A DNA stretch of 32,000 nucleotides from Halomicronema hongdechloris C2206 (GCF_002075285.3 NZ_CP021983.2:2490001-2522000); one strand, 5' to 3'. Shown: positions 10,138 through 19,753, numbered from the stretch's first letter. Numbers and translations: made by a program. The notes: generated by a model from the sequence alone, not told the origin.

Positions 10138-10980
10138 TTATTGGCGATTGAGGGACCAGTCGTAGTCGAGGTAGTCGAGGGTGTAGTCGCCCTGCAGCAG
10201 GTAAGCCCGCTGCTCGGGGCTGACATACTGGCTGATGAAATTCAACGTGGCTCGCTGTTTACCATTGCCGGTAAACCCTGATTCCACTGCATAGCGCGGT
10301 TGCCAGTCTTCACCAAACCAGTCAAAGATGGCGGAAATGGCCACACGGTTGGCGTCGCGATCGATCTGCAGGCCATGGGGACTCGCTAACCAACGGCGCA
10401 CTTGATCCTCGAGTTGTTGGTCTAGGCGTGCCCCGGTATAGGGGGCTTGGCGCAGGGGTGGGCAGCTCTGGGCGGCACACACTAACGCCGCGTGGATGCG
10501 GGGTTCTGAGAACTCTTGGCGTAAGATGTCGTGTTCGATCGCATCTAGGGTCAGGGACTGGCCTGCGACGGTGTGGCGTTTGATTTTCCAAACACCAAAG
10601 ATGTCTTTGATGCTGTCTTTGAGGGGATCTTCATTGATGATGGACTGCAAGGTAATAGCGTTGTAGGCATTGATCAGGAAAGCGATTTGATCGGCATCGC
10701 TCCAGGCGGCATAGGTGTCGGGAGCCACAGCGCCGAGGCGGTCGATAAATTGGGTTAAGGGTTGGGGATTGGCTTGCAAGGCCCGATAGTCCACTAAGCC
10801 TTGCTCATCGACGTAGGTGGCTAAGACCGTGGCATAGTCGTCGTAGGAGAGCCGTGTGGCTGAGGCCGGTGTCGCAGCTGAGGGGGTGGACGTCTCACGT
10901 TGGCTCACCAGGGAGGCGCTAGAGCACCCCGATAGCAGGGCGATAGTGACCATGAGGGTCAGGGCTGTGGGCTTGAGCAT
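10138..10980 (-). CDS. DUF547 family lipoprotein
   Basis: The internal start MLKPTALTLMVTIALLSGCSS provides a lipobox. DUF547 core motifs are AFLINAYNAITLQ, IEHDILR and PRIHAALVCAAQSCPPL. The track ORF 10138-12123 reads through from the upstream gene (see findings). Confidence 0.75.
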   Translation of the reverse strand: MLKPTALTLMVTIALLSGCSSASLVSQRETSTPSAATPASATRLSYDDYATVLATYVDEQGLVDYRALQANPQPLTQFIDRLGAVAPDTYAAWSDADQIAFLINAYNAITLQSIINEDPLKDSIKDIFGVWKIKRHTVAGQSLTLDAIEHDILRQEFSEPRIHAALVCAAQSCPPLRQAPYTGARLDQQLEDQVRRWLASPHGLQIDRDANRVAISAIFDWFGEDWQPRYAVESGFTGNGKQRATLNFISQYVSPEQRAYLLQGDYTLDYLDYDWSLNRQ

Positions 10981-11014
10981 GGCTAATCTCGAATCCGCGT
11001 ACGCGATACCTCTG

Positions 11015-12271
11015 TTATGCAGCATGTTGGTAGACCAAAGCTGACCTGTCCCTAAGTTTTTGATGAGGGCTGCCTGAGACTGTCTGAGAGGAGTGCCCCA
11101 GGGTCCACAGCCACCCCACGATAAAGGGCAGCCACAGCAGCAGGCGCTCGGCGGTGGTGAGTCGCCAGTCGGGCAGGCGTGGGGCAGGACGAAGTAAACG
11201 AAGCTGGATAGGCTGAGCCAGCGCACGCCCCAGTTCTGGCTGGGCACGGCGAAGGGCACAATCCAGGTGAAGTACCAGAAATGAACGATGGGGCTCAGCA
11301 AGAACACCCCAAACCAATAGCCGTCGGTGAATTGTCGCAAGGTATTGGTTCGCAGCAGTAACCAGAGGACAACCACAGCCAATGGTATGCCGTAGATCCA
11401 GTTGGCTTGTAAGGATGCCGGCCAGACTTGGGCCACCCAATGGGGGATGAATTCGGCACTGCGGCCATGGGAGACGAAGGTAGAGCTGGTGGGGATCAAC
11501 GGGCAGGTGCCGCCCCGACAAAATACCAGCGCCGACAGCCCCATCGGTAGACTGCCGAGCCCGGCGATCCAGAGGGTACGCCCCAGCGTCCGTTGCCGCA
11601 GCGATCGCATCATCAGCCAGGCCAACAGGGGCAGTGAGATCCATTTCACGGCGATGCTGAGGCCCAGCAACAGGGAGCTCCAGAGCCAACGCCGCCCCTC
11701 GACGCGATCCTCGGGGGGCTCTAGCAGCAACCAGGCCGCCACCAGAGGCAAGATAAACCAGCTGTCGTAGTGAGCGCCGCCGGCGAAGGCATAGATCACC
11801 ATGGGATTCCAAGCATAGAGGATGGCGTTGCTAGGCCCAAAGCGACGACTCAGCAGCCAGCCCACCAGCAGATCGGCAGCTACAAAGGCCAGCTTAAACA
11901 GCAACACACTGACTGCGATGGCGGCCAAGCCCCGAAACCCCAGTTGGGTCAGAGGGGGATAGATGGCCGAGACGTCGAGGTGGTTGATCTGGGACCACCA
12001 CTCGGTGCGATAGGGCAGGAGAGCTGGGGCATTCGGCGGCAGATGGTAGGGGCTGAAGCCCAGGGTCTGGATATAGCCCTCCCAGAGATAGCGCCACACA
12101 TCGTCCCCGGGCTCCATGGGCAACAGCAGCAGCCGCGGTGCGATCGCACCGCCCCCAGAACCACCCCCCCGGCACCGACTGCAGCCCCCACGACAGCATG
12201 AACCCGGCCGCCATCACCGCCGCTGCCGCCCAGAACTTATACACCCGTCTCCAGGTGGAAGACATTGCCAT
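11015..12271 (-). pseudogene. Polytopic membrane glycosyltransferase (GT-C fold, DUF2029/GT87-like) with two compensating frameshifts
   Basis: The N-terminal TM piece MAMSSTWRRVYKFWAAAAVMAAGFMLSWG (frame of 11894-12271) joins the 661-aa ORF frame at the run at ~12163-12170. The middle part reads PMEPGDDVWRYLWEGYIQTLGFSPY...IYPPL plus many TM segments. The C-terminal piece LPDWRLTTAERLLLWLPFIVGWLWTLG...* (frame of 11015-11812) is reached at the GGGG run at 11181-11184. Confidence 0.55.
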
Positions 12272-12352
12272 GGGGGCTCATCAGGGTGGCCCCCAGCACC
12301 AGCAAGCCCACACTTATCCCCAGGACGTGAGATCTCAGGGGTCGCCGCCACA

Positions 12353-13108
12353 CTACTGTGACCTCCCGAAGCCCATGGCCTTGACCCACCGATGCCAATA
12401 CAACCGTCCCAGGGTACCGAGAATCACGGCCCCCGCCTGCAGGCTGCCCACGACGGTGCCAGAGATTTTAGAGCGGCCTCCCTGGCGCTGGTGATAGGCC
12501 ACCGGCACCTCGCAGATGGCCAAGCCACACTCCACGGCCCGCACCTGCATCTCCACCGTCCAGCCAAAGCCGCGATCCCGTAAGTGCAAGGTGTCTAAGG
12601 CCAGCCGCCTGATCACCCGCAGCGGCCCCAAATCCCGGTAGCGATAGCCCCAACCCAGCCTAATCAGCGTCGTGGCCAGGCGATTGCCCCAGCGTTGGGC
12701 CGGGGAGAGGGCGGCCCGGCCAGGGGCAGTGGCAGTGCGATCGCCCAGGATCAGGTCATAGCGCTCCCGTCGGGCTAACAAACCAGGCAGCGCCTCTAGG
12801 TCATCGCTGCCATCGCCGTCACAGAATACAATCCATTGCACCGACTCTGGCAGCTGCTGGATGCCCCGCCAGCAGGCTTGCCCATAGCCCGTAATTGGGT
12901 CTTGCCAGACCTCCGCCCCACTGGCAGCCGCCACCGCAGCACTGTCATCGCTGCTGCCATTGTCCACCACGCGCACTTGCCGCAACCCAAGCCGGTGCAG
13001 GGCTTGAATCACCCCGGCAATGGTGCTGGCTTCATTGCACACCGGAATCACCACCAGCACCGACGCCAGCTGGGTAGCCGTCACAGGTCTAGACACTCCT
13101 TGAGGCAT
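12353..13108 (-). CDS. Family 2 glycosyltransferase (dolichyl/polyprenyl-phosphate sugar transferase-like)
   Basis: Motifs are VVIPVCNEASTI, VVDNGSSDDSAAVA and the DxD-type FCDGDGSDD. Confidence 0.8.
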   Translation of the reverse strand: MPQGVSRPVTATQLASVLVVIPVCNEASTIAGVIQALHRLGLRQVRVVDNGSSDDSAAVAAASGAEVWQDPITGYGQACWRGIQQLPESVQWIVFCDGDGSDDLEALPGLLARRERYDLILGDRTATAPGRAALSPAQRWGNRLATTLIRLGWGYRYRDLGPLRVIRRLALDTLHLRDRGFGWTVEMQVRAVECGLAICEVPVAYHQRQGGRSKISGTVVGSLQAGAVILGTLGRLYWHRWVKAMGFGRSQ

Positions 13109-13135
13109 GACATGCTGCCTTGACGCACTAGTCCC

Positions 13136-13795
13136 TCATCGGATTACTACTGGCAGCTGCTTCAGCACCGCGACGATCTCGTCGGGATCCTGGCGCTGTT
13201 TGTAGTCGCTATTGACGAAGGCGTGGGCAATAGTGCCGTCGGTATTGACCACATAGGTGGCTGGCAGCGGCAGCTCGAAGCTGTTATCGCCGTTGTAGGC
13301 AGGCAGATCGATGCCCAAGGACTGGTAGACGGAACGCAGGGCTGCCGGCACCGTGAACACCAGGCCAAACTGCCGGGCTACCCGGTTGCCCACATCGCTG
13401 AGTACCTCGAAGGAAAACTCATGCTTCTGGGCCGTGGAGAGAGAATTGTCTGGGGTCTGAGGCGAAATGGCCACCAGGCTAGCCCCTTGAGCTTGGATCT
13501 CAGGCAACGCCTGTTGCAAGGCCCGCAACTCCAGGTTGCAATAGGGGCACCAGCCGCCGCGGTAGAAGGAAATCACCACCGGACCCGATTTCAGTAGCTC
13601 ACCGATGGCCACCTCGCGACCGGTGGCATTGGGCAGAGTAACATCGGGGATGCGATCGCCCTGCTTGAGGCTGTCGTCGGTGATGCCTGAATTGGCTAGT
13701 TCCTCAGCCGCTGCTGCCATCTTGGCCTGGACCTCTCCTGGCAGTTTGGCGGCTGTCTGCTGGGCCAGGTCGGCCAGATCTTGGGTCAAGCTCAT
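13136..13795 (-). CDS. AhpC/TSA-type peroxiredoxin-like thioredoxin-fold protein
   Basis: Motif FYRGGWCPYCNLELRAL. The preferred start is the ATG at 13795, with AGGAG seven nt upstream. The track ORF extends to 13834. Confidence 0.75.
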   Translation of the reverse strand: MSLTQDLADLAQQTAAKLPGEVQAKMAAAAEELANSGITDDSLKQGDRIPDVTLPNATGREVAIGELLKSGPVVISFYRGGWCPYCNLELRALQQALPEIQAQGASLVAISPQTPDNSLSTAQKHEFSFEVLSDVGNRVARQFGLVFTVPAALRSVYQSLGIDLPAYNGDNSFELPLPATYVVNTDGTIAHAFVNSDYKQRQDPDEIVAVLKQLPVVIR

Positions 13796-13921
13796 GGATA
13801 GTCTCCTAATCCGTATCGTTATCCGTGTCGTCATTCACGGTTCACTCACGGATAGTCTCTGCCACAGAGGTGAGAGTCACCTGAGAATGGCCTGAACCCT
13901 TCCTGGGATAGCCCCGGTAGT

Positions 13922-14104
13922 CTAGGGAGAAGCCCCGGCAAACCCCTTTCGCTGCCAGTGGGCAGTGCCTCCCGGTAAGGCGTAGACCTGCTGAAATCCC
14001 AGGCGTTGCATCATGGCTAGGGTGCGGGCGCCACGTCATACTCTTTTCCCGACGTCGATAGCGATGATGCAGTTCATGCCTATCTTGCCGACCGTCAACG
14101 CCAG
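13922..14104 (-). pseudogene. Remnant of a rhodanese-homology-domain gene, with an in-frame TGA, at the edge of the AT-rich KAP islet
   Basis: The minus-strand reading is ...IIAIDVGKRV*RGARTLAMMQRLGFQQVYALPGGTAHWQRKGF.... This parallels the active-site loop and C-terminal helix/strand of single-domain rhodaneses such as GlpE. The catalytic Cys position is Asp, TGA lies at 14036-14038, and no intact N-terminal half is present. Confidence 0.35.
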
Positions 14105-14342
14105 TCAGCAACGGTTCGACAAGAAATGGAACAACGATTTGATCCGATTGGAATTCGCGATTGCTTGCTAGACGGAATCAGCCTCAGTCGTTCAAATGAT
14201 TCAGTTGAGGGAATTATTTTAATCGCTGAGTGTAGTCTTGACGGAAAGTGGGAAAGACAAGTCAGATGTCTGCCCCTTCAATAACTAGCCCTGACTGCTA
14301 AGGTAATGGTAATACCTCCCAGAATTTTTCCAAAATGAGTTT

Positions 14343-14380
14343 TCGGAATATTAGGTGATGATCGGAATATTAGGTGATGA
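14343..14380. repeat. Perfect 19-bp tandem duplication (tcggaatattaggtgatga x2) overlapping the annotated KAP start
   Basis: Read directly: 14343-14361 is identical to 14362-14380. Confidence 0.95.
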
Positions 14381-16437
14381 GAGGAGTTTATAGGCCTTCT
14401 AGCAAAATATTTGAATTATTTCACGAGTTTTCGAGTATGTTAGCAAACATATTAAGCCATAAATTTAGAGGACCTATCACAATGGAAGACGGTCATGCGA
14501 AGCCCAAAATGTCAGCTAATAGTCACGTAAGAGAATATCTAAATTATTACTGTAGACTACCATGTGAGCCTAGATTTGCCGTTTTATTAAAGGGAGAATG
14601 GGGCTCTGGGAAAACATGGTTCATAAATAGATATGAGGAGATCCTAAAAGAAAGAAACCAAAAATGCCTGTATATCAGTCTTTATGGAATCAGCAATGTT
14701 GCCGAAATAGATGATAAATTTTTCCAGTTGCTGTATCCCATAAGGTCATCAAAAGGAATGGCAATTACTGGGATTATTGTTAAGGGATTATTGAAAGGGG
14801 CATTAAAAATCGATTTAAATAGTGATGGTAAGGATGATGCTACTTGGAATATTCAAATTCCAGAAATCAATTTTCCTGAGCGCTTAAAGGATATCAATCA
14901 AAGTATTTTGATATTTGATGACCTAGAACGTTGCAGTATAGAGCTCGGAAATTTACTAGGATATATAAACTATTTTGTAGAGCATCAAGGCTTGAAGGTA
15001 ATTCTTATTGCAAATGAAGATGAGCTAAGCAAAAACGAAAGCTACAAAGCCATAAAAGAAAAATTGATTGGCAAGACATTTAGTATATCTCCTGATTTTA
15101 GAGATGCGATGGAAGATTTTGTATCTCAAGTCCATAATGAAGACGCTAAAAATTTCTTACTTAAAAACTCCGAAAAAATAAGAGATCTATACAACAGCAA
15201 AAATTATCAAAATCTAAGAATCCTGAATCAGATTATTTTGGAATTTGAAAGGATTTTTGAAAAATTACCAGGCGAGGTAAAGAGCCGATCGGAGATCCTA
15301 GAAAATATATTAGAAAACTTTGTAAATTTTTCCACCGAAATTAGTTGTGGTTCGATACATCCCAAAGATTTGAATAAGCTATGGGAAGAGTATAATCATA
15401 TGCTAATAGGTGATAAAAGTTCTTCCAATCCAAATGGAAAAGAAAATGAGGAGATTTTTTACCGAAGAATTTTTGGGAGACATGACTTTTTTAATAGTCC
15501 ATTCCCAAATCTATATTGGTGGGAGGTACTCTTTGATAAGGGAGTTATAGACGAACAGGAATTAAAGCAATCAATACTAAGTAGCAAGTATTTTCAAGAT
15601 GAAAATACGCCTGACTGGACAAAATTGTGGCATTACTCAGAACTTGACGATGACAAATTCAATGATTTGATCAAGAAAGTTGAGGTTGACTATGGCAACA
15701 GAATATTCACCGATATTGGCATCATAAAACATATAGTTGGACTTTTCCTAAAGTTCTCTGATGCCGGAGTTTATCCTAGATCCAAACAGGATATCCTAGA
15801 AGATTCTAAAAGGTATATTGACGATCTTAGGAGTAAAAATAAATTAGAGCCTTTCCCTAAATCTTCAACTTTACCTGAAACGATTGGTCATATCATAGGC
15901 GGTTACCAAAGCCTTGAATTTATGGGGAAAGAATTTGAGGAATTCGAGGAATTTTGCAATCATCTCAATGAAATTAGGCAGTTGGTTACGATTGATAAAA
16001 TCCGTGAGGACGCTCTATGCCTGCTTGATATGATGAAAAATGACGTGAATAAGCTGTATAGGATTCTTTGCTTCGACAGTTCTCCTGCTCAAGATGAGTC
16101 AGAGCCAAGGTATCATGAGATCCCGATATTAAACTATATACCTTCTGCTGATTTTATGGCAAGCATACTTACCATGAAACCTGAGGAGCAACGGAATGTC
16201 TTCTCAATAATTTCTGAAAGATATAAGTATCAGAACATTAATAAAAAATTGATTGAAGAATTGGAATGGCTAAAATCAGTCCAGACTTTATTGTTAGAGG
16301 AATCTTCCTGTAGGCAAGGTAAGCTTAGTGAATTTCGTTTAAAAGAATTCAACACGTATTATCTGAAAGAAACAATTGCTAGGCTTGCCACTGGGAAAGA
16401 AACTTCTGGAGAAGAGAAACTAGGCGAGGTCCAATAG
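14374..16437 (+). CDS. KAP-family P-loop NTPase
   Basis: Walker A GEWGSGKT (14593-16), Walker B-like ILIFDDLERC, a long alpha-helical C-terminal region, and a very AT-rich sequence. The start is uncertain: the ATG at 14482 has AGAGGA nine nt upstream and may be the real start. Confidence 0.8.
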   Translation: MMRGVYRPSSKIFELFHEFSSMLANILSHKFRGPITMEDGHAKPKMSANSHVREYLNYYCRLPCEPRFAVLLKGEWGSGKTWFINRYEEILKERNQKCLYISLYGISNVAEIDDKFFQLLYPIRSSKGMAITGIIVKGLLKGALKIDLNSDGKDDATWNIQIPEINFPERLKDINQSILIFDDLERCSIELGNLLGYINYFVEHQGLKVILIANEDELSKNESYKAIKEKLIGKTFSISPDFRDAMEDFVSQVHNEDAKNFLLKNSEKIRDLYNSKNYQNLRILNQIILEFERIFEKLPGEVKSRSEILENILENFVNFSTEISCGSIHPKDLNKLWEEYNHMLIGDKSSSNPNGKENEEIFYRRIFGRHDFFNSPFPNLYWWEVLFDKGVIDEQELKQSILSSKYFQDENTPDWTKLWHYSELDDDKFNDLIKKVEVDYGNRIFTDIGIIKHIVGLFLKFSDAGVYPRSKQDILEDSKRYIDDLRSKNKLEPFPKSSTLPETIGHIIGGYQSLEFMGKEFEEFEEFCNHLNEIRQLVTIDKIREDALCLLDMMKNDVNKLYRILCFDSSPAQDESEPRYHEIPILNYIPSADFMASILTMKPEEQRNVFSIISERYKYQNINKKLIEELEWLKSVQTLLLEESSCRQGKLSEFRLKEFNTYYLKETIARLATGKETSGEEKLGEVQ

Positions 16438-16606
16438 GTTAATATCGATTGCCTTCTCACCGATAGCGGTAACAGGGGGGAGTCAATGCCAAAGTCGGCA
16501 AATCGAGGTAATCGCTACGACCAAGCAACTGATGTGCCAAGGTACAGGGACAAAGGAAGGTCTACAATGACGGTAAATCCAGGAATCCTCTGGCTAGCTG
16601 CAGATA

Positions 16607-19600
16607 ATGGTTGAGGAGACACCGCTCCTACAAATTCATCTGTTGGGCGATTTTTGCATCTTCGATCAAAGCGGTACCGTCATTGACATCCGGTTGCGAT
16701 CGCAAGAGCTGCTCGCCTATCTGATTCTGCACCGCCATACCCCTCAGCCCCGGCGACGGGTTGCGGCAGTCCTCTGGCCCGATGACCTAGAGAGTCAGGC
16801 CCGTACTCATCTTAGGAAAGAGCTCCATTACTTGCGACGAACCTTCCCCATCATTGAGCAGATCGTCGTGATCACCCCTCGGACCCTCCACTGGCATCCT
16901 CAAGGGGCCTGCCAGGTGGACCTGGAAATCTTTGAAACCACTTTAGCCACCGCAGAGGACTCCAAAGGCCATGGGGCTTGCCAAAAGCTGGAGTCTGCCC
17001 TCGGAGTGTATCGAGATGACCTATGGCCAGACTGTGAGGCCGACTGGCTGTATCCAGAGCGAGAACGGCTGAGACAGCGCCATGTTCGCGCCCTGGCCCA
17101 GACGACTCGACGGCTGCAAGAGCTGGGGGAAACGGCGAAAGCGATTACCCTGGGCCGACAGTGGTTACAGGCTGCCCCCCTAGACGAAGGCGGCTATCAA
17201 ACGCTGATGGCGCTCTATGGAGAGATGGACGATCGCGCCACGGCCCTACAGCTCTACCACCAATGCATGACCGCGTTGCAAACCGAACTGGGGGTATCAC
17301 CGAGCGCGACGACGGCTGAGCTCTATCAGCGGTTGCTGGTGGCTGCAGAGGTCAGCGACGATTCCCTGCCTTCGTCAGCTCTGCTCGCTGGAGAATCCAT
17401 TCCCGTGCCCGCCCCCCTGCCCCTAGCGCCCCCCACTGCCACTAAAGCGTTGGTCGGCCGCGACGAGCTGTTCCCCGCCTTAGAACAATGGCTGTTACCC
17501 ACTGCCATAAGGTCTGCCCCCCTCTTGCTCCTAACGGGAGAACCAGGCATTGGCAAGACCCGTTTGCTGGAGGCGCTGGCTGAGAGTGCAAGCCACCATC
17601 ATTTTCAGCCGTGCTGGGGTCGGGCCTTTGCTGCCGAGCAGCTGCGTTCCTACGGCGTCTGGATCGATCTGCTGCGGACAGTCTCTGACACTGAGCTTTT
17701 TTCGAGTCTCAGAGAGGTGTCAACCGACCTGCGCGATGCCCCGTTGGAGCGACTGCCTAACCGTGGACAGTTATTGGACGCCATTGTTCAGGGCCTAAGG
17801 GCCGTGACCCAGTCGGAGCAAGCCTTACTGCTGCTCTTTGACGATATTCACTGGTTAGATGAAGCCTCCACCACGCTGTTACACTATGTGTTTCGCTCCC
17901 TTGGCCACGGACCATTGCGCATCGCCTGTGCGGCTCGTGGTCAGGAGTTACAGGACAATCCAGCCATATCCAGCCTGCTAAAGTCCCTGCGACGGGCAAA
18001 TCGGTTACAGGAAGTGGCGGTGCCGCCGCTTTCCCCCGAGGCAGTTTGGACACTGGTGCAACCATTGCCCAATCCCGATCCGGACCATCCCCTCAACCCC
18101 CAGCAGATCTATGCGGACAGCGGCGGGAATCCGCTCTTTGCCCTGGAAGCGGCCCGTGCCCTGACTCAAGCCACCAGTACCCTGCCGGATCTGATTGACG
18201 ATCGCCTGCAACGATTAGATCAAGCCGCTCGGGATCTATTGCCCTGGGCCGCCGCCTTGGGTCGCCGATTTGACCCAGACACCTTGGCATCGGCGGCGGG
18301 CTATCTCCCCATGCAGTTTCTCACCGCGATCGAGCAGCTAGAAGCGCAGCAGATCGTTTGCCCAGTGCCCGCAAGTCAGGCCGATGGCGACGGCTACTAC
18401 GACTTTGCCCACGATTTGGTGCGCCAGGTGGCCTACGACCGTCTATCGCAGCCGCGACGGCGACTCATCCACCGACAGCTCGCCAAAATCCTCAATGCTC
18501 AAACCGTAGATGATGACCTGGCGAGCCAGGTGGCTTACCATGCCGAGCTTGCCGATGATCATGCCCTCGCCGCCCAGGCTGCTGCCGCCGCCGCCGCCCG
18601 TAGTTTGCGCTTATTTGCCTACAAAGACGTGATTCAACTCGTGGCTCAGGGCCTACATCACTGTCAATTTCTGTCCAGGGGTGAGCGCCTCTGCCTATCG
18701 GCCCAGCTCCTGCGAACTCGGGTACTGGCGGGCATGGCCACCGAAGAAAGCGCTATCGTCGAATCTCAGCTACAGCAGCTCACCGCCGAGTTGGAAGGCC
18801 TATCGATGCCTGAAGCCGAGCTCATCGTTCAGGAGGCGTTAAACTTTTTGCACTACGATCAGGGCAACCTCGCAACCGTGCATCAGCAGAGCCTCAGGGC
18901 CTTGGATGCCTTACCCCCCAGCCCTCAACTCCAGGCCCAGAGCCTGGCGGCCAATGGCTGCTGCTTAGCCGAAATTGAGCGGGACATGGATCGGGCCGAA
19001 GCCGTCCTGCTGGAAGCCCAGGCCATCGCAGAACGATTGGGGTTGAAGCTGATTGATGTTGCCACCGGGTTAGGCTGTATCGAGCGGTATCGAGGCCACT
19101 ACGGACAGGCCCGCACCTACTTGCAGCAGGCCTTACAGCTTGCCCAGAATCAGCGGCATTTTGTGGCCCAGGGATATGCCTTGAGCCAATTGGCCATGAC
19201 CGGCTGGGACTGGCATCAACCAGACATCGTCGCTGTTCAGGCATTAGTGCAGTTGGCCAAGCGGCTCCCCCAGGGCAGTGAGGGCAGTTTTGCCGCCGCC
19301 TTGATGGCGTTGAGTGCCTATGCCGATGATCCGGATGCGACCGAGGCGTTGGATCTAAAGCTGCATCAGTTAAATCAGCTCGACGCCCAGCGCAAGCTAG
19401 TCTTTATTGCCAGCCACGCCTGTGAAATCGCCCTGGCCCATCATCAGCAAGCAGCCGCCCGACGCTATGGGACCATGGCCCAGCAAGCGGCTCAGCAGGT
19501 GGGGCATCCTAACGATCTGGTAATGACAGGTGCCCTGCAGGTGCTAACTGCCAATCAAGCCGCTGAGCAACAGGCTTCGTGGCAGCAGCTTCAGCACAAC

Positions 19601-19741
19601 CCCGATATCAATGATTGTCGCTGCAGCGCTCGGGCTCGGTCATTATATGAGCAGGCACAACGGGTAATGCAGCCGTCCATGGCCAAGCGGCATACGCTTC
19701 AAGATAGCTGCCGACGGAGTGCGGTGAACCAAACGATGTGA
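16607..19741 (+). CDS. SARP/BTAD-family transcriptional regulator with AAA/STAND ATPase and C-terminal TPR-like region (AfsR-like)
   Basis: The N-terminal part is LLGDFCIFDQSGTVIDIRLRSQELLAYLIL...RRRVAAVLWPD. The BTAD-like segment is YQTLMALYGEMDDRATALQLYHQCMTALQTELGVSPS. Walker A is GEPGIGKT (17537-60) and Walker B is LLLFDDIHWLD. Confidence 0.8.
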   Translation: MVEETPLLQIHLLGDFCIFDQSGTVIDIRLRSQELLAYLILHRHTPQPRRRVAAVLWPDDLESQARTHLRKELHYLRRTFPIIEQIVVITPRTLHWHPQGACQVDLEIFETTLATAEDSKGHGACQKLESALGVYRDDLWPDCEADWLYPERERLRQRHVRALAQTTRRLQELGETAKAITLGRQWLQAAPLDEGGYQTLMALYGEMDDRATALQLYHQCMTALQTELGVSPSATTAELYQRLLVAAEVSDDSLPSSALLAGESIPVPAPLPLAPPTATKALVGRDELFPALEQWLLPTAIRSAPLLLLTGEPGIGKTRLLEALAESASHHHFQPCWGRAFAAEQLRSYGVWIDLLRTVSDTELFSSLREVSTDLRDAPLERLPNRGQLLDAIVQGLRAVTQSEQALLLLFDDIHWLDEASTTLLHYVFRSLGHGPLRIACAARGQELQDNPAISSLLKSLRRANRLQEVAVPPLSPEAVWTLVQPLPNPDPDHPLNPQQIYADSGGNPLFALEAARALTQATSTLPDLIDDRLQRLDQAARDLLPWAAALGRRFDPDTLASAAGYLPMQFLTAIEQLEAQQIVCPVPASQADGDGYYDFAHDLVRQVAYDRLSQPRRRLIHRQLAKILNAQTVDDDLASQVAYHAELADDHALAAQAAAAAAARSLRLFAYKDVIQLVAQGLHHCQFLSRGERLCLSAQLLRTRVLAGMATEESAIVESQLQQLTAELEGLSMPEAELIVQEALNFLHYDQGNLATVHQQSLRALDALPPSPQLQAQSLAANGCCLAEIERDMDRAEAVLLEAQAIAERLGLKLIDVATGLGCIERYRGHYGQARTYLQQALQLAQNQRHFVAQGYALSQLAMTGWDWHQPDIVAVQALVQLAKRLPQGSEGSFAAALMALSAYADDPDATEALDLKLHQLNQLDAQRKLVFIASHACEIALAHHQQAAARRYGTMAQQAAQQVGHPNDLVMTGALQVLTANQAAEQQASWQQLQHNPDINDCRCSARARSLYEQAQRVMQPSMAKRHTLQDSCRRSAVNQTM

Positions 19742-19753
19742 ATGGAGTAGTGT

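Noticed and set aside
14036-14038. The in-frame TGA of the rhodanese-like remnant as a selenocysteine codon.
   Set aside because: The position aligns with a loop Ser/Arg, not the catalytic Cys, which is Asp here. The gene lacks its N-terminal half, and no SECIS-like hairpin is evident. A decayed gene is the simpler explanation.
13842-14111. Track ORF 13842-14111 (-) as a real gene.
   Set aside because: Its sequence is Arg/His-rich and low-complexity. A different minus-strand frame over the same DNA carries the rhodanese-like similarity.
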